From contig DRQW01000137.1 in the NCBI GenBank assembly GCA_011371305.1, positions 1 to 41,889 of the forward strand: 41,889 bases of DNA. The letters run 5' to 3'. The notes beneath the pieces were generated by a model that was given only the letters and a program-made list of their open reading frames with translations, was not told the origin of the DNA and ran no database searches. This document shows, in pieces, positions 17,817-25,904 of this stretch; positions within the stretch are counted from its first letter, which is position 1, and every line of letters begins with the position of its first letter. Position numbers and translations under genes: made by a program. Source of the DNA: Anaerolineae bacterium (GTDB taxonomy: Bacteria; Chloroflexota; Anaerolineae; J102).

Positions 17817-17846
17817 AAAAAAGACGCCCGACTGCAAGTCGGGCGT
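17817..17846 (-). terminator. Rho-independent terminator of glnA
   Basis: On the minus strand: ACGCCCGACT, loop TGC, AGTCGGGCGT, then CTTTTTT. Lies 23 nt after the glnA stop. Confidence 0.8.
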
Positions 17847-17868
17847 TTGGGATGGCAGGAAAGATGGG

Positions 17869-19272
17869 TCAGGCGTTGTAGTAGAGGAGAAATTCGTAGG
17901 GATGAGGCCGCAGGCTCACCGGCCCGACTTCCTCTTCGTATTTGTATTCGATGTAAGCTTCCAACAGGTCTTCGGTGAAGACACCGCCCTTGGTCAGGAA
18001 TTCGTGATCCTTTTCCAGGGCTTCCAGGGCTTCGTTCAATTTGGCCACAGTCATCTCCACTTTATCGATATTTTCCTCTTCAAAAAGGTCCATCTCCGCG
18101 GGTTCGCCGGGGTCGATCTGGTTTTCGATGCCATCCAGGCCGGCCATGAGCATGGCCGCGAAGGCGAGGTAAGGGTTGGCCGTGGGGTCAGGGCTGCGGA
18201 ATTCGACGCGCTTAGCTTTGGGCGAGTCGGAATACATGGGAATGCGGCAGGCCGCGGAGCGATTGCGGGCGGAATAGGCAATGACCACAGGCGCTTCGTA
18301 ACCGGGAACGAGGCGGCGGTAGGAGTTGGTAGTGGGCGCTACGATAGCCAGGAGCGCATTGATGTGTTTGAGGATGCCGCCGATGTACCACAGCGCGATC
18401 TGGCTCAGCCCGGCGTAGCCATCGCCCGCAAAGAGGGGCTTGCCATCTTTCCACAGGCTCTGATGGGTGTGCATGCCCGAACCATTGTCGGCATAGATGG
18501 GCTTGGGCATGAAGGTGACCGTCTTACCCGCCTTACGGGCCACATTTTTCACAATGTATTTGTAGAGCTGCACATTATCGGCCATGGTGACTAACTCGTC
18601 AAAGCGCATGTCGATCTCGCACTGGCCCGCGGTGCCCACTTCATGGTGATGTACTTCCACGTCAATGCCTGCGGCGATCATGGTCCGCACCATCTCCGAC
18701 CGCAAGTCCTGGAGGGTGTCCAGCGGGGGGACGGGGAAATAGCCCCGTTTGTGGGGGATGGAATGGCCGAAGCCGAAGATGCCATTGTTCCACGGACCTT
18801 CCACGCTGTCGATCTGGTAGGCTGAGGAATACTCGCCCGCGGAGTACATAACCTGGTCGAAGACAAAGAACTCGGCCTCGGGCCCGAAGTAGGCAGTATC
18901 CGCGATACCTGTGGAGCGCATGTAGGCCACGGCTTTTTTGGCCACGTAACGGGGATCGCGGCTGTAGGGCTCGCGGGTGATGGGATCGTACACATCGCAG
19001 GTGAGGCTAAGGGTGGGCATCTCCGCGACGGGGTCCACAATGGCCGTGTTGGGATCAGCCAACAGGATCATATCGCTGTTTTCGATGCTTTGGAACCCTC
19101 GGATGGAGGAGCCGTCGAAGCCCATGCCCTCCTCAAAGGCCAGTTCCGGGCTGAATGCCTCGATGGGCATGGAAAAATGATGCCATTGCCCGAAAAGATC
19201 GGTGAATTTGACATCGACGATCTTAAGGTCGTTCTCTTTGACCAGTTTCATGACATCTTTCGGGGTTGCCAT
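17869..19272 (-). CDS. glnA: glutamine synthetase type I
   Basis: Strong GlnA-I similarity throughout ([56 protein letters not shown]). AGGAG lies 9 nt before ATG 19272; the ORF is open to 19371. Confidence 0.95.
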   Translation of the reverse strand: MATPKDVMKLVKENDLKIVDVKFTDLFGQWHHFSMPIEAFSPELAFEEGMGFDGSSIRGFQSIENSDMILLADPNTAIVDPVAEMPTLSLTCDVYDPITREPYSRDPRYVAKKAVAYMRSTGIADTAYFGPEAEFFVFDQVMYSAGEYSSAYQIDSVEGPWNNGIFGFGHSIPHKRGYFPVPPLDTLQDLRSEMVRTMIAAGIDVEVHHHEVGTAGQCEIDMRFDELVTMADNVQLYKYIVKNVARKAGKTVTFMPKPIYADNGSGMHTHQSLWKDGKPLFAGDGYAGLSQIALWYIGGILKHINALLAIVAPTTNSYRRLVPGYEAPVVIAYSARNRSAACRIPMYSDSPKAKRVEFRSPDPTANPYLAFAAMLMAGLDGIENQIDPGEPAEMDLFEEENIDKVEMTVAKLNEALEALEKDHEFLTKGGVFTEDLLEAYIEYKYEEEVGPVSLRPHPYEFLLYYNA

Positions 19273-19546
19273 TCGTTCCATCTCCTGTGAATGAGAATGT
19301 GTCAAGGATCGCTGGGCGAAGGATGGATTTGAAACGCCAAAACTTGATGAATAGGAAGGATTATGGAGCACAACGAGGCTTTGATTGTGACATGTTCACC
19401 CAAGTATAATCCCAGGATGTGGCCTTGGCTATGACCCAAATGGATCATTTCTCATGCTTTTTCCACGAAAAGCGCGACGGATGGCATGCAAGTGGGTTAT
19501 TCTTTGATGAGTATGCTCATCTCACCAAAGCCAGAGGTGCGCGATT

Positions 19547-19574
19547 TTGCAAGGATTTGTGGACGTGCTAAAAT
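19547..19574 (+). promoter_or_regulatory. candidate promoter for acpP
   Basis: TTGCAA (19547-19552), 16 nt spacer, TAAAAT (19569-19574), about 60 nt before ATG 19638. Confidence 0.3.
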
Positions 19575-19637
19575 GCGTCCGCTTCGGTTTTGCACTGATT
19601 TCGCTATCCCTTTCCCAATCTTTTGGAGGATGATTCC

Positions 19638-19889
19638 ATGACTGCAGCAGAAGGCACCATCGAACAACGTGTCATTGAGATTATTGTGGATCAGCTCGGC
19701 GTGGAGCCGGACGAAGTGACCATGGATTCTCGCTTTCGCGAGGACCTGGAAGCCGACAGCCTGGATCTGGTGGAATTAATGATGGCCTTTGAGGAGGAGT
19801 TTGGTGGTGAGATCTCCGACGAAGATGCCATGAAGATCCAGACTGTGGGCGAGGCAGTCGCATTGCTTAAAGAAAAGGGCGCGGCATAA
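19638..19889 (+). CDS. acpP: acyl carrier protein
   Basis: [20 protein letters not shown] contains the DSL phosphopantetheine-attachment Ser. GGAGG precedes ATG 19638. 83 aa. Confidence 0.92.
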   Translation: MTAAEGTIEQRVIEIIVDQLGVEPDEVTMDSRFREDLEADSLDLVELMMAFEEEFGGEISDEDAMKIQTVGEAVALLKEKGAA

Positions 19890-19910
19890 TTGGATTTGCT
19901 TCCCCAGCCG

Positions 19911-19951
19911 AACACCGAGCCGGTTGTATCCTGCTCGGTGTTTTGGTTTTT
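19911..19951 (+). terminator. Rho-independent terminator after acpP
   Basis: Perfect 10-bp stem AACACCGAGC / GCTCGGTGTT, 12-nt loop, then TTGGTTTTT. Confidence 0.8.
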
Positions 19952-20020
19952 GGTGGGGGCTCATTGGGCCAATTGCATTTCATTGCCAACGGCGAAAAAA
20001 CCGTTCCGTCAATCCGAGAC

Positions 20021-20623
20021 ATGTTGGCACGCGAGTCAGTGGCTGGCCTCATCCTGGCGGGTGGAGCTAGCAGCCGCATGGGGCGCAACAAAGCGCGAAT
20101 TACGCTGGATGGCCAGCCCCTGGTGGCCCGTGTCGTGGCCGCGCTCCATCCCCTATGCGATGAGCTTCTCATCGTGGCTAACGATGCGGAACCTTATCGT
20201 TTTCTCGGATTGCCCGTCGTACCCGATATCCAGCCGGGGTATGGCCCGCTCATGGGATTGTATTCGGGCCTGAAGGCGGCCTCGGGCGAGCTCGCCATCG
20301 TCACTGCAGTAGATATGCCTTTTCTCACCTCTGATTTTTTGCGTTTTCTCCTTTCCTTCACGCCTGGCTACGATGTGGTGATCCCCGAAGCGGGCGGCAG
20401 ACTTCACCCCCTGTGTGCGGTCTATCGTCGAGCAACTTGTCTGAAGCCTATCGAAACGGTGATCGCGCGCGGCGACCGACGCCTGATTGCCTTCCACGAT
20501 CAAGTGCGGGTGTATCGTGTGCCCGAAGAGACGTTACGCCGGGTCTCGCCTGATCTTCGGGAATTGATCAATGTGAACACGCCTGAAGACCTGGCCCGGG
20601 CGCGGAAGATGCTGCGAAAATAA
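20021..20623 (+). CDS. mobA: molybdenum cofactor guanylyltransferase
   Basis: GLILAGGASSRMGRNKA and TAVDMPF motifs. Start moved to MLARES (20021) because the ORF extension overlaps the acpP terminator. Confidence 0.85.
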   Translation: MLARESVAGLILAGGASSRMGRNKARITLDGQPLVARVVAALHPLCDELLIVANDAEPYRFLGLPVVPDIQPGYGPLMGLYSGLKAASGELAIVTAVDMPFLTSDFLRFLLSFTPGYDVVIPEAGGRLHPLCAVYRRATCLKPIETVIARGDRRLIAFHDQVRVYRVPEETLRRVSPDLRELINVNTPEDLARARKMLRK

Positions 20624-20628
20624 TTTTC

Positions 20629-21021
20629 ATGCCCAAACGCAATTTTTTCGAGAAAGTCTGGCTCATTACGTTACAAATCCCGCGGGGCAAGGTGACCTGG
20701 TACGGCGCCATCGCGGAGATGCTGGACGCGCCGGGCGCGGCCCGTACCGTGGGATGGGCCTTGAACGCCCTCACGCCCGAGCAATCCCAATATATCCCCT
20801 GGCAGCGGGTTATCAACAAGGCCGGGCGCTGCTCCATCCGCAATGCGGAACATAGTGCGGAGGACCAACAAGCCTTGTTGGAGGCGGAAGGGATCGAATT
20901 TGATGCATGGGGATATACAGATTTTCGTCGTTTCGGTTGGGATGGCCTGACGCCTGATGAAGTGCAGGTTATCCTGGCCCACGCACGTTTACCATGGGAA
21001 ACGGAATCGACTTCAGGCTAA
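20629..21021 (+). CDS. MGMT-family alkyltransferase-like protein (ATL/YbaZ-like), no catalytic Cys
   Basis: Collinear with E. coli YbaZ as recalled from memory (VW.I...IP.G.VT.YG.IA...G.PGAAR.VG ... PW.RV.N..G). The active-site PCHRV motif is replaced by PWQRV. Confidence 0.8.
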   Translation: MPKRNFFEKVWLITLQIPRGKVTWYGAIAEMLDAPGAARTVGWALNALTPEQSQYIPWQRVINKAGRCSIRNAEHSAEDQQALLEAEGIEFDAWGYTDFRRFGWDGLTPDEVQVILAHARLPWETESTSG

Positions 21022-21461
21022 GCCTGTCTTTTGTGGTTACCACGTTGCTGCTGGCCCGGATTGCGTGGATCGATTGGCGCACACGGCGCATTCCTGATGA
21101 ATGGACCCTCGCCCTGGTGATTTGGGCAGGGATGCAGCTTATCTGGCCGGGGCGTTTACGGCCGAGCGCGGCGGTGATAGGGCTGATGGTCGGAGGGGGC
21201 GGCTTTTTCCTGCTGGCGTGGATCAGTCGCGGTGGCCTGGGGTGGGGGGATGTGAAGCTCGCGGCCGGGCTGGGCGCGCTGCTCGGATTTCCCGGGGTGC
21301 TCTATGGGCTTTCATTCGGGATGATTTTCGCTGGATTGGTCGCAGGAGGCTTGCTGTTCACGGGCCGCGCCGGGCGCAAGGATAGCTTCGCCTATGGGCC
21401 GTATCTCGCCTTGGGCGGATGGCTGGTATATTGGATTTCCAGAAGTTTTGGTCTGGGATAA
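20994..21461 (+). CDS. A24-family prepilin peptidase, peptidase domain only
   Basis: Both catalytic Asp motifs are present (WIDWRTRRIPDEWTL and GGLGWGDVKLAAGLG). 155 aa, polytopic. The exact start is uncertain (28 nt overlap with the upstream gene). Confidence 0.75.
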   Translation: MGNGIDFRLSLSFVVTTLLLARIAWIDWRTRRIPDEWTLALVIWAGMQLIWPGRLRPSAAVIGLMVGGGGFFLLAWISRGGLGWGDVKLAAGLGALLGFPGVLYGLSFGMIFAGLVAGGLLFTGRAGRKDSFAYGPYLALGGWLVYWISRSFGLG

Positions 21462-21499
21462 CCGGAGGCGATCTGTTTTCATACGTTTCCTGCACCCCA

Positions 21500-21528
21500 T
21501 TGACGGCGGTCTGAAGGCAATTTATAAT
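21500..21528 (+). promoter_or_regulatory. near-consensus sigma-70 promoter for the FG-GAP gene
   Basis: TTGACG (21500-21505), 17 nt spacer, TATAAT (21523-21528). Gives a leader of about 110 nt ending in AGGAGG before ATG 21643. Confidence 0.6.
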
Positions 21529-21642
21529 TAAGAATGGAAGCCAGGTAACAAAATAGATGGATTTCGTGGTGCTTCACGTCGCACATGGTGGCTGGCGTTT
21601 TTACAATGCTGAATTTAATGCCACGTGTGATAGGAGGCAGCC

Positions 21643-23325
21643 ATGAAGACCAAACGCCTTTTCCTGCTCTTCCTTGGTTTGGTATTGTTGATTATCCAAG
21701 GATCCTGGCATATCACCTATGCCCAAGCGGGAAAAGAACTTCAAGGGGATTTCTTGACCTCCCCCGTCAACCATGTCGTCTTGCGTCCGAGATTTGATAT
21801 GTTGGCTGTCGGCATTCCTTATGAAGATATTGATGGCGTTGAGGATACCGGGATTGTTCAAGTCTTTCGATCCTCCCCCGAGCCCGGACGCTTGATCCTC
21901 GATGGGCCATATTGGGATCAAGGTGGGGGTAATGAGCTGGGGGATCACTTTGGTCGAGCCATTGTTTCGGGCGACTTTAACGGTGATGGGTATTACGACC
22001 TTGCGGTAGGGGTGCCTGGGGATGATTACGAAACCAATGTGGTCTTGCCTGATCACGGCATTGTCATTGTTCTCTATGGCAACAGGAATTTGTTGACTGG
22101 TCACGAATTCTTGTCACCCCCATCTGTAGAATCTTATATAAGATTTGGCGAAGCTTTGGCCGTTGGTGATTTTAATGGAGATGGTTATGATGACCTGGCT
22201 GTGGGCGCTCCAGGTAAGAAATTAGGAGACGTTGACGATGCAGGTTGGGTGTATGTGTTTTATGGCCGCGCCAACGGGCTTATAGGCGGAGGGTCCTGGC
22301 ATCAGGATTCGGCGGGCATCCGCGGGATGGCAGAAACAGGCGACCGTTTCGGCTCCAGCCTGGCGGCGGGAGATTTTAATGGGGACGGTTACGATGATCT
22401 GGCCGTGGGTGTGCCACTTGAGGATGTGGAAGATCAGGAGGATGCGGGCGCGGTCAATGTGCTCTTTGGTTCCAGCATCGGCCTGCAAGCAGGCGGTAAT
22501 GAGCTTTTGATTCAAGGATACTTCGGTTTGCCCGACTCGCCGAAGGAGGGCGACCAGTTCGGCCGCGCATTGACCGCAGGCGATTTCAACAAGGATGGTT
22601 ATGACGATCTCGCAATCGGTGCGCCATTTAAGGATGTGATTAAAATCATCTATAACCCCCCATCTCCCCCTGCTTCCGTATTAGTCCGGGATTTGGGAGC
22701 CGTCTTCGTGGTTTTGGGTGATGCAAGTGGTCTGGCTGACAATCCAAGTTATGCTTTCACCCATCTGACTTTTGAAGAAGAAGTGTCATCGGAAGAGGGC
22801 GACGCCTTCGGCCGGACGTTGGCTGCAGGCGACCTTAACGGTGACGGATACGATGATTTGGCCATCGGCATACCGTACAAAGACATCGCAGGAAAACAAG
22901 ATGCAGGCGCTGTGGTCGTCCTTTTCGGCGATGCCCAGGGAGTTCAGGGCACGAATCCATATCAATATCTCCACCAGGATGCCGCGTCCTTCATTGAGAG
23001 CATTGTCGAGCCATCTGATTTGTTTGGTTTTGCTTTGACCACAGGGGATTTCAATGGTGATGGTCGAGAGGATCTGGCCGTGGGCGTGCCTGGTGAGGAT
23101 TATATCCCTGAAGGCAGAAGTGGCACCGTCCAAAATGCTGGCGTGGTCCAGGTATTCTATGACCTGGGCTCCGGCCGTTTGCAGTCGGATCAGTTGTTTG
23201 GACAGGATTTGCCCCAGTCTGTAGAAGGTATGGCCGAGACTGGAGATCAATTCGGCTATAGTCTTGCAACCATGCGAGGCCCGACCTTGTATCTGCCCAT
23301 GACGCTGGATCGGGATTGGCATTGA
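21643..23325 (+). CDS. secreted FG-GAP repeat (integrin-alpha-like beta-propeller) protein
   Basis: Signal peptide MKTKRLFLLFLGLVLLIIQG. Six to seven repeats of GDFNGDGYDDLAVG.P. Confidence 0.88.
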   Translation: MKTKRLFLLFLGLVLLIIQGSWHITYAQAGKELQGDFLTSPVNHVVLRPRFDMLAVGIPYEDIDGVEDTGIVQVFRSSPEPGRLILDGPYWDQGGGNELGDHFGRAIVSGDFNGDGYYDLAVGVPGDDYETNVVLPDHGIVIVLYGNRNLLTGHEFLSPPSVESYIRFGEALAVGDFNGDGYDDLAVGAPGKKLGDVDDAGWVYVFYGRANGLIGGGSWHQDSAGIRGMAETGDRFGSSLAAGDFNGDGYDDLAVGVPLEDVEDQEDAGAVNVLFGSSIGLQAGGNELLIQGYFGLPDSPKEGDQFGRALTAGDFNKDGYDDLAIGAPFKDVIKIIYNPPSPPASVLVRDLGAVFVVLGDASGLADNPSYAFTHLTFEEEVSSEEGDAFGRTLAAGDLNGDGYDDLAIGIPYKDIAGKQDAGAVVVLFGDAQGVQGTNPYQYLHQDAASFIESIVEPSDLFGFALTTGDFNGDGREDLAVGVPGEDYIPEGRSGTVQNAGVVQVFYDLGSGRLQSDQLFGQDLPQSVEGMAETGDQFGYSLATMRGPTLYLPMTLDRDWH

Positions 23326-23470
23326 TGGAGGTGTGGGCGTGACAGGAATGCATGGTATTCAGCGCCCCTATCTCCTGGAGAATGTGCCTGCGCGTACGGG
23401 CCGGGGGACGACGTCAACGTGCCGAAAAACAAACGACATCCGGGCTGCGTGTACATCCTTGGGACCGGGG

Positions 23471-24619
23471 CTATAGTCCCATCACCCTCGCGCCATCCGC
23501 CGCTGAGGTGACGAAGGCATACCCCGCCCGGCCCGTGCGCCTGTTGTATTCCTCAATGACCCCCTGAGCCATCGCGTCCGCGTCCTCCGCCCGGCAGAGG
23601 GTGATGGCGCAGCCGCCAAAGCCCGCGCCCGTAAGCCGTGCCCCCCACGCCCCCGCGGCCATAGCCAGCTCTACCAACAGGTCCAGTTCCCGGCTGCTGA
23701 CTTCGTAATCATCCCGTAGGCTGGCATGGGAGGCTAGCATGAGCTCGCCCAGGCGGGAGACATCCCCCAAGCGCAAGGCCCGAACGCTTGCCAGCACCCG
23801 CGCGTTCTCCGTCACCACATGCCGGGCGCGGCGATAGATGACTGGGGGTAGCAGGTCGCGATGGGCTTCGAGCTGTTCGGGTGAGACATCTCGCAGAGTC
23901 GTGATGCCCGGCAGGGCCGATTGCAGCTGCCGTACCGCGTCCTCACACTCGGCCCGGCGCTGGTTGTAGGCAGAGCCGGCCAGGGTGCGGGGTGCATCGC
24001 TGTACAACACAACGAAGCGGGCTTGCTTTGGCAGGGGGATTGGGTCCGTAGCCAGGGTGCGGGTGTCGATGAACAGGGCATGCCCTGCCACGCCCGCGGC
24101 GGCGATGAGCTGATCCATAATGCCGCAATGGACGCCCACCCACTGGTTTTCCGCCTTCTGAGCCAATTGCGCCATCTCGGTAGGATGCCAGGCCATGTCT
24201 GAGACATGGGTGAACGCGCGGGCCACGGCCAGTTCTGTAGCCGCGGAGGAAGACAAACCCGCGCCGATGGGTACATCCCCAGCCATAACACCTTCCCATC
24301 CACGCAATCGGTATCCCGCTTCCTGCAAGGCCCAGGCCACGCCCTGCACATACGCCTCCCAACCATCCCGTGAATTCAGATCGTCTAGGGAGAAGACGAT
24401 GGTCTGATCGAAGTCCAGGGAATGGAGTTGGACCCAACGGTCGGGCCGAGGACGCAATGCGATCCACACCGCCCGGTCGAGGGCCATGGGCAGTACGAAG
24501 CCATCGTTGTAGTCGGTGTGTTCACCGATGAGGTTGACGCGTCCGGGTGCGCGGACGATGGCCGCGGGCTGTGCTTGAAATCGGTCGAGAAACGCGGTGG
24601 CAAGCCGATGTGTGTTCAC
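23471..24619 (-). CDS. galK: galactokinase
   Basis: APGRVNLIGEHTDYNDGFVLP and GAGLSSSAA motifs. GTG 24619 gives 382 aa; the ORF extension to 24688 runs through a palindromic repeat. Confidence 0.9.
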   Translation of the reverse strand: MNTHRLATAFLDRFQAQPAAIVRAPGRVNLIGEHTDYNDGFVLPMALDRAVWIALRPRPDRWVQLHSLDFDQTIVFSLDDLNSRDGWEAYVQGVAWALQEAGYRLRGWEGVMAGDVPIGAGLSSSAATELAVARAFTHVSDMAWHPTEMAQLAQKAENQWVGVHCGIMDQLIAAAGVAGHALFIDTRTLATDPIPLPKQARFVVLYSDAPRTLAGSAYNQRRAECEDAVRQLQSALPGITTLRDVSPEQLEAHRDLLPPVIYRRARHVVTENARVLASVRALRLGDVSRLGELMLASHASLRDDYEVSSRELDLLVELAMAAGAWGARLTGAGFGGCAITLCRAEDADAMAQGVIEEYNRRTGRAGYAFVTSAADGARVMGL

Positions 24620-24791
24620 TGTTCTGAAAATAGAGATTTCACGCCAAGGCACCAAGACGCAAAGGGAATCAGGCGGGGCAGGTGGCAAGTAGCAGGTGGC
24701 AAGTTACGTTGCGCAGGCCACCTGCCACCTGCAAACTTGCATACTTGCTAACCTACTTGGCGGCCTTTGCGTTTTGGCGTGAAATTTTCAC
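24619..24791. repeat. long composite palindromic intergenic element, copy C (same termini as A/B, different core)
   Basis: Left end CTGTTCTGAAAATAGAG is identical to copy B. Outer arms ATTTCACGCCAAGG... / ...CCTTTGCGTTTTGGCGTGAAAT. Inner 9-bp stem GCAGGTGGC/GCCACCTGC. Tandem GCAGGTGGCAAGT x2. Right end AATTTTC. Confidence 0.7.
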
Positions 24792-24795
24792 CGTC

Positions 24796-24841
24796 GGGCG
24801 TGAAACGTGATGCGTGAAACGTGAGGACTTACGCATCACGC
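24796..24841. repeat. 46-nt intergenic repeat, copy 2
   Basis: GGGCGTGAAACGTGATGCGTGAAACGTGAGGACTTACGCATCACGC. 45/46 identical to 14207-14252, same orientation. Confidence 0.85.
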
Positions 24842-24932
24842 GGCAATCTGCGTTACGAAGCATCCGCGCAAATCAGCGTTCTCATCTTCATCCGTCCGGC
24901 GTACTATGGTTCATAGCACCTGTTGCAAAGGT

Positions 24933-25850
24933 TCAGACGATCACGCGCAGGCGTTGGGGGATGGTGACAATGCGGATGAGGTGGAGATTCTCGCCGATGG
25001 TCTCGCCGTCGGCCTGACAAGGAAGGGGATGGTCACTCTCGATGACGACATGTTTTGCCCGATCCATCAGGATTTTGGGATGACCGGTATGTTTTCCCTT
25101 AATCAGTTTTGGGATGAGAGGGAAGACCTCTGGGCGGGTGACGTCTTGCGCGATACAAAGATCCAGAATGCCGTCATCATAACGGGCTTGGGGAACAGCC
25201 AGAAAACCCCCGCCCAACCGCGGGCCGTTGGCCACAAAAGTAATAAAGGAAGGGGTTTCCAGGGTTTTGTCATCCAATTGCAGACGCACAGGCGGCGTCT
25301 CGAAATACACCCACAGTGTTTTCAACACCGCGGCCATATAAATGGCGAAGCCTCGGAGGCGTTTGATCTTGTGGGCTTCGATATTCACCCGTGCGTCGAA
25401 GCCGCAGCCCAGCATATTCACAAAAAAGCGTGGGGGCGCGTTATCGAACTCGGCCCAGGCCACATCGATGACTTTGGTATGTCCTCGCTTCAGTCGATCC
25501 ACAGCTTCTTCGACGCCATCGCGAATGCCCAGGCCCCAGGCGAAATCATTGCCGCTGCCCATGGGCAATACCCCCAACGTCGTCGGTGAAACACCATCCT
25601 GCCCCTTGGCTGCCAGCAAAATGCCGTTGGCCACCTCGTTGACCGTGCCATCTCCCCCAGCAGCGACCACGATGGGCGTTCCCGCTTCCGCAGCTTCTCG
25701 GGCCAACTGGATCGCGTGTCGTCGGTCCTCGGTCAACTTCACCTCAAAATCCAGGCTGCTTTGGGCCAAGCTTTGCAATACCCGGTCCATGGTGTGTTTG
25801 CTATCGCCGCGGTTGGAAAAGGGGTTGAAAATGATGAGCATGTCGGGCAT
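24933..25850 (-). CDS. diacylglycerol kinase-family lipid kinase (YegS/BmrU-like)
   Basis: MLIIFNPFSNRG and VVAAGGDGTVNEVANG motifs. 305 aa. Confidence 0.85.
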   Translation of the reverse strand: MPDMLIIFNPFSNRGDSKHTMDRVLQSLAQSSLDFEVKLTEDRRHAIQLAREAAEAGTPIVVAAGGDGTVNEVANGILLAAKGQDGVSPTTLGVLPMGSGNDFAWGLGIRDGVEEAVDRLKRGHTKVIDVAWAEFDNAPPRFFVNMLGCGFDARVNIEAHKIKRLRGFAIYMAAVLKTLWVYFETPPVRLQLDDKTLETPSFITFVANGPRLGGGFLAVPQARYDDGILDLCIAQDVTRPEVFPLIPKLIKGKHTGHPKILMDRAKHVVIESDHPLPCQADGETIGENLHLIRIVTIPQRLRVIV

Positions 25851-25904
25851 AGCATCCTCACAAACATGCGGAAAGTCATCGTGTTGGTGCGATCATTTTA
25901 CACG

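Noticed and set aside
15709-18594. Long + strand ORFs (15709..16683, 17746..18594) opposite the histidine kinase and glnA
   Set aside because: They are antisense shadows of well-supported genes, with no motifs and no ribosome-binding sites.
19386-19399. GTGAACATGTCAC (minus strand) upstream of glnA as a second LexA box
   Set aside because: Only the GAACATGT half matches the Cheo box. The second arm is CAC rather than GTTC, so it is more likely a different operator or a chance match.
19431-19571. 46-codon ORF (MTQMDHFSCFFHEKRDGWH...) in the glnA / acpP intergenic region
   Set aside because: It has no Shine-Dalgarno sequence and an odd Cys/His/Trp/Phe-rich composition, and its stop overlaps the candidate acpP -10 box. 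It cannot be supported without conservation or ribosome-profiling data.
20994-23325. Prepilin peptidase plus FG-GAP gene as a type IV pilus / Tad system
   Set aside because: There are no pilin, ATPase, platform or secretin genes. The FG-GAP protein has an ordinary Sec-type signal peptide, not a class III prepilin signal.
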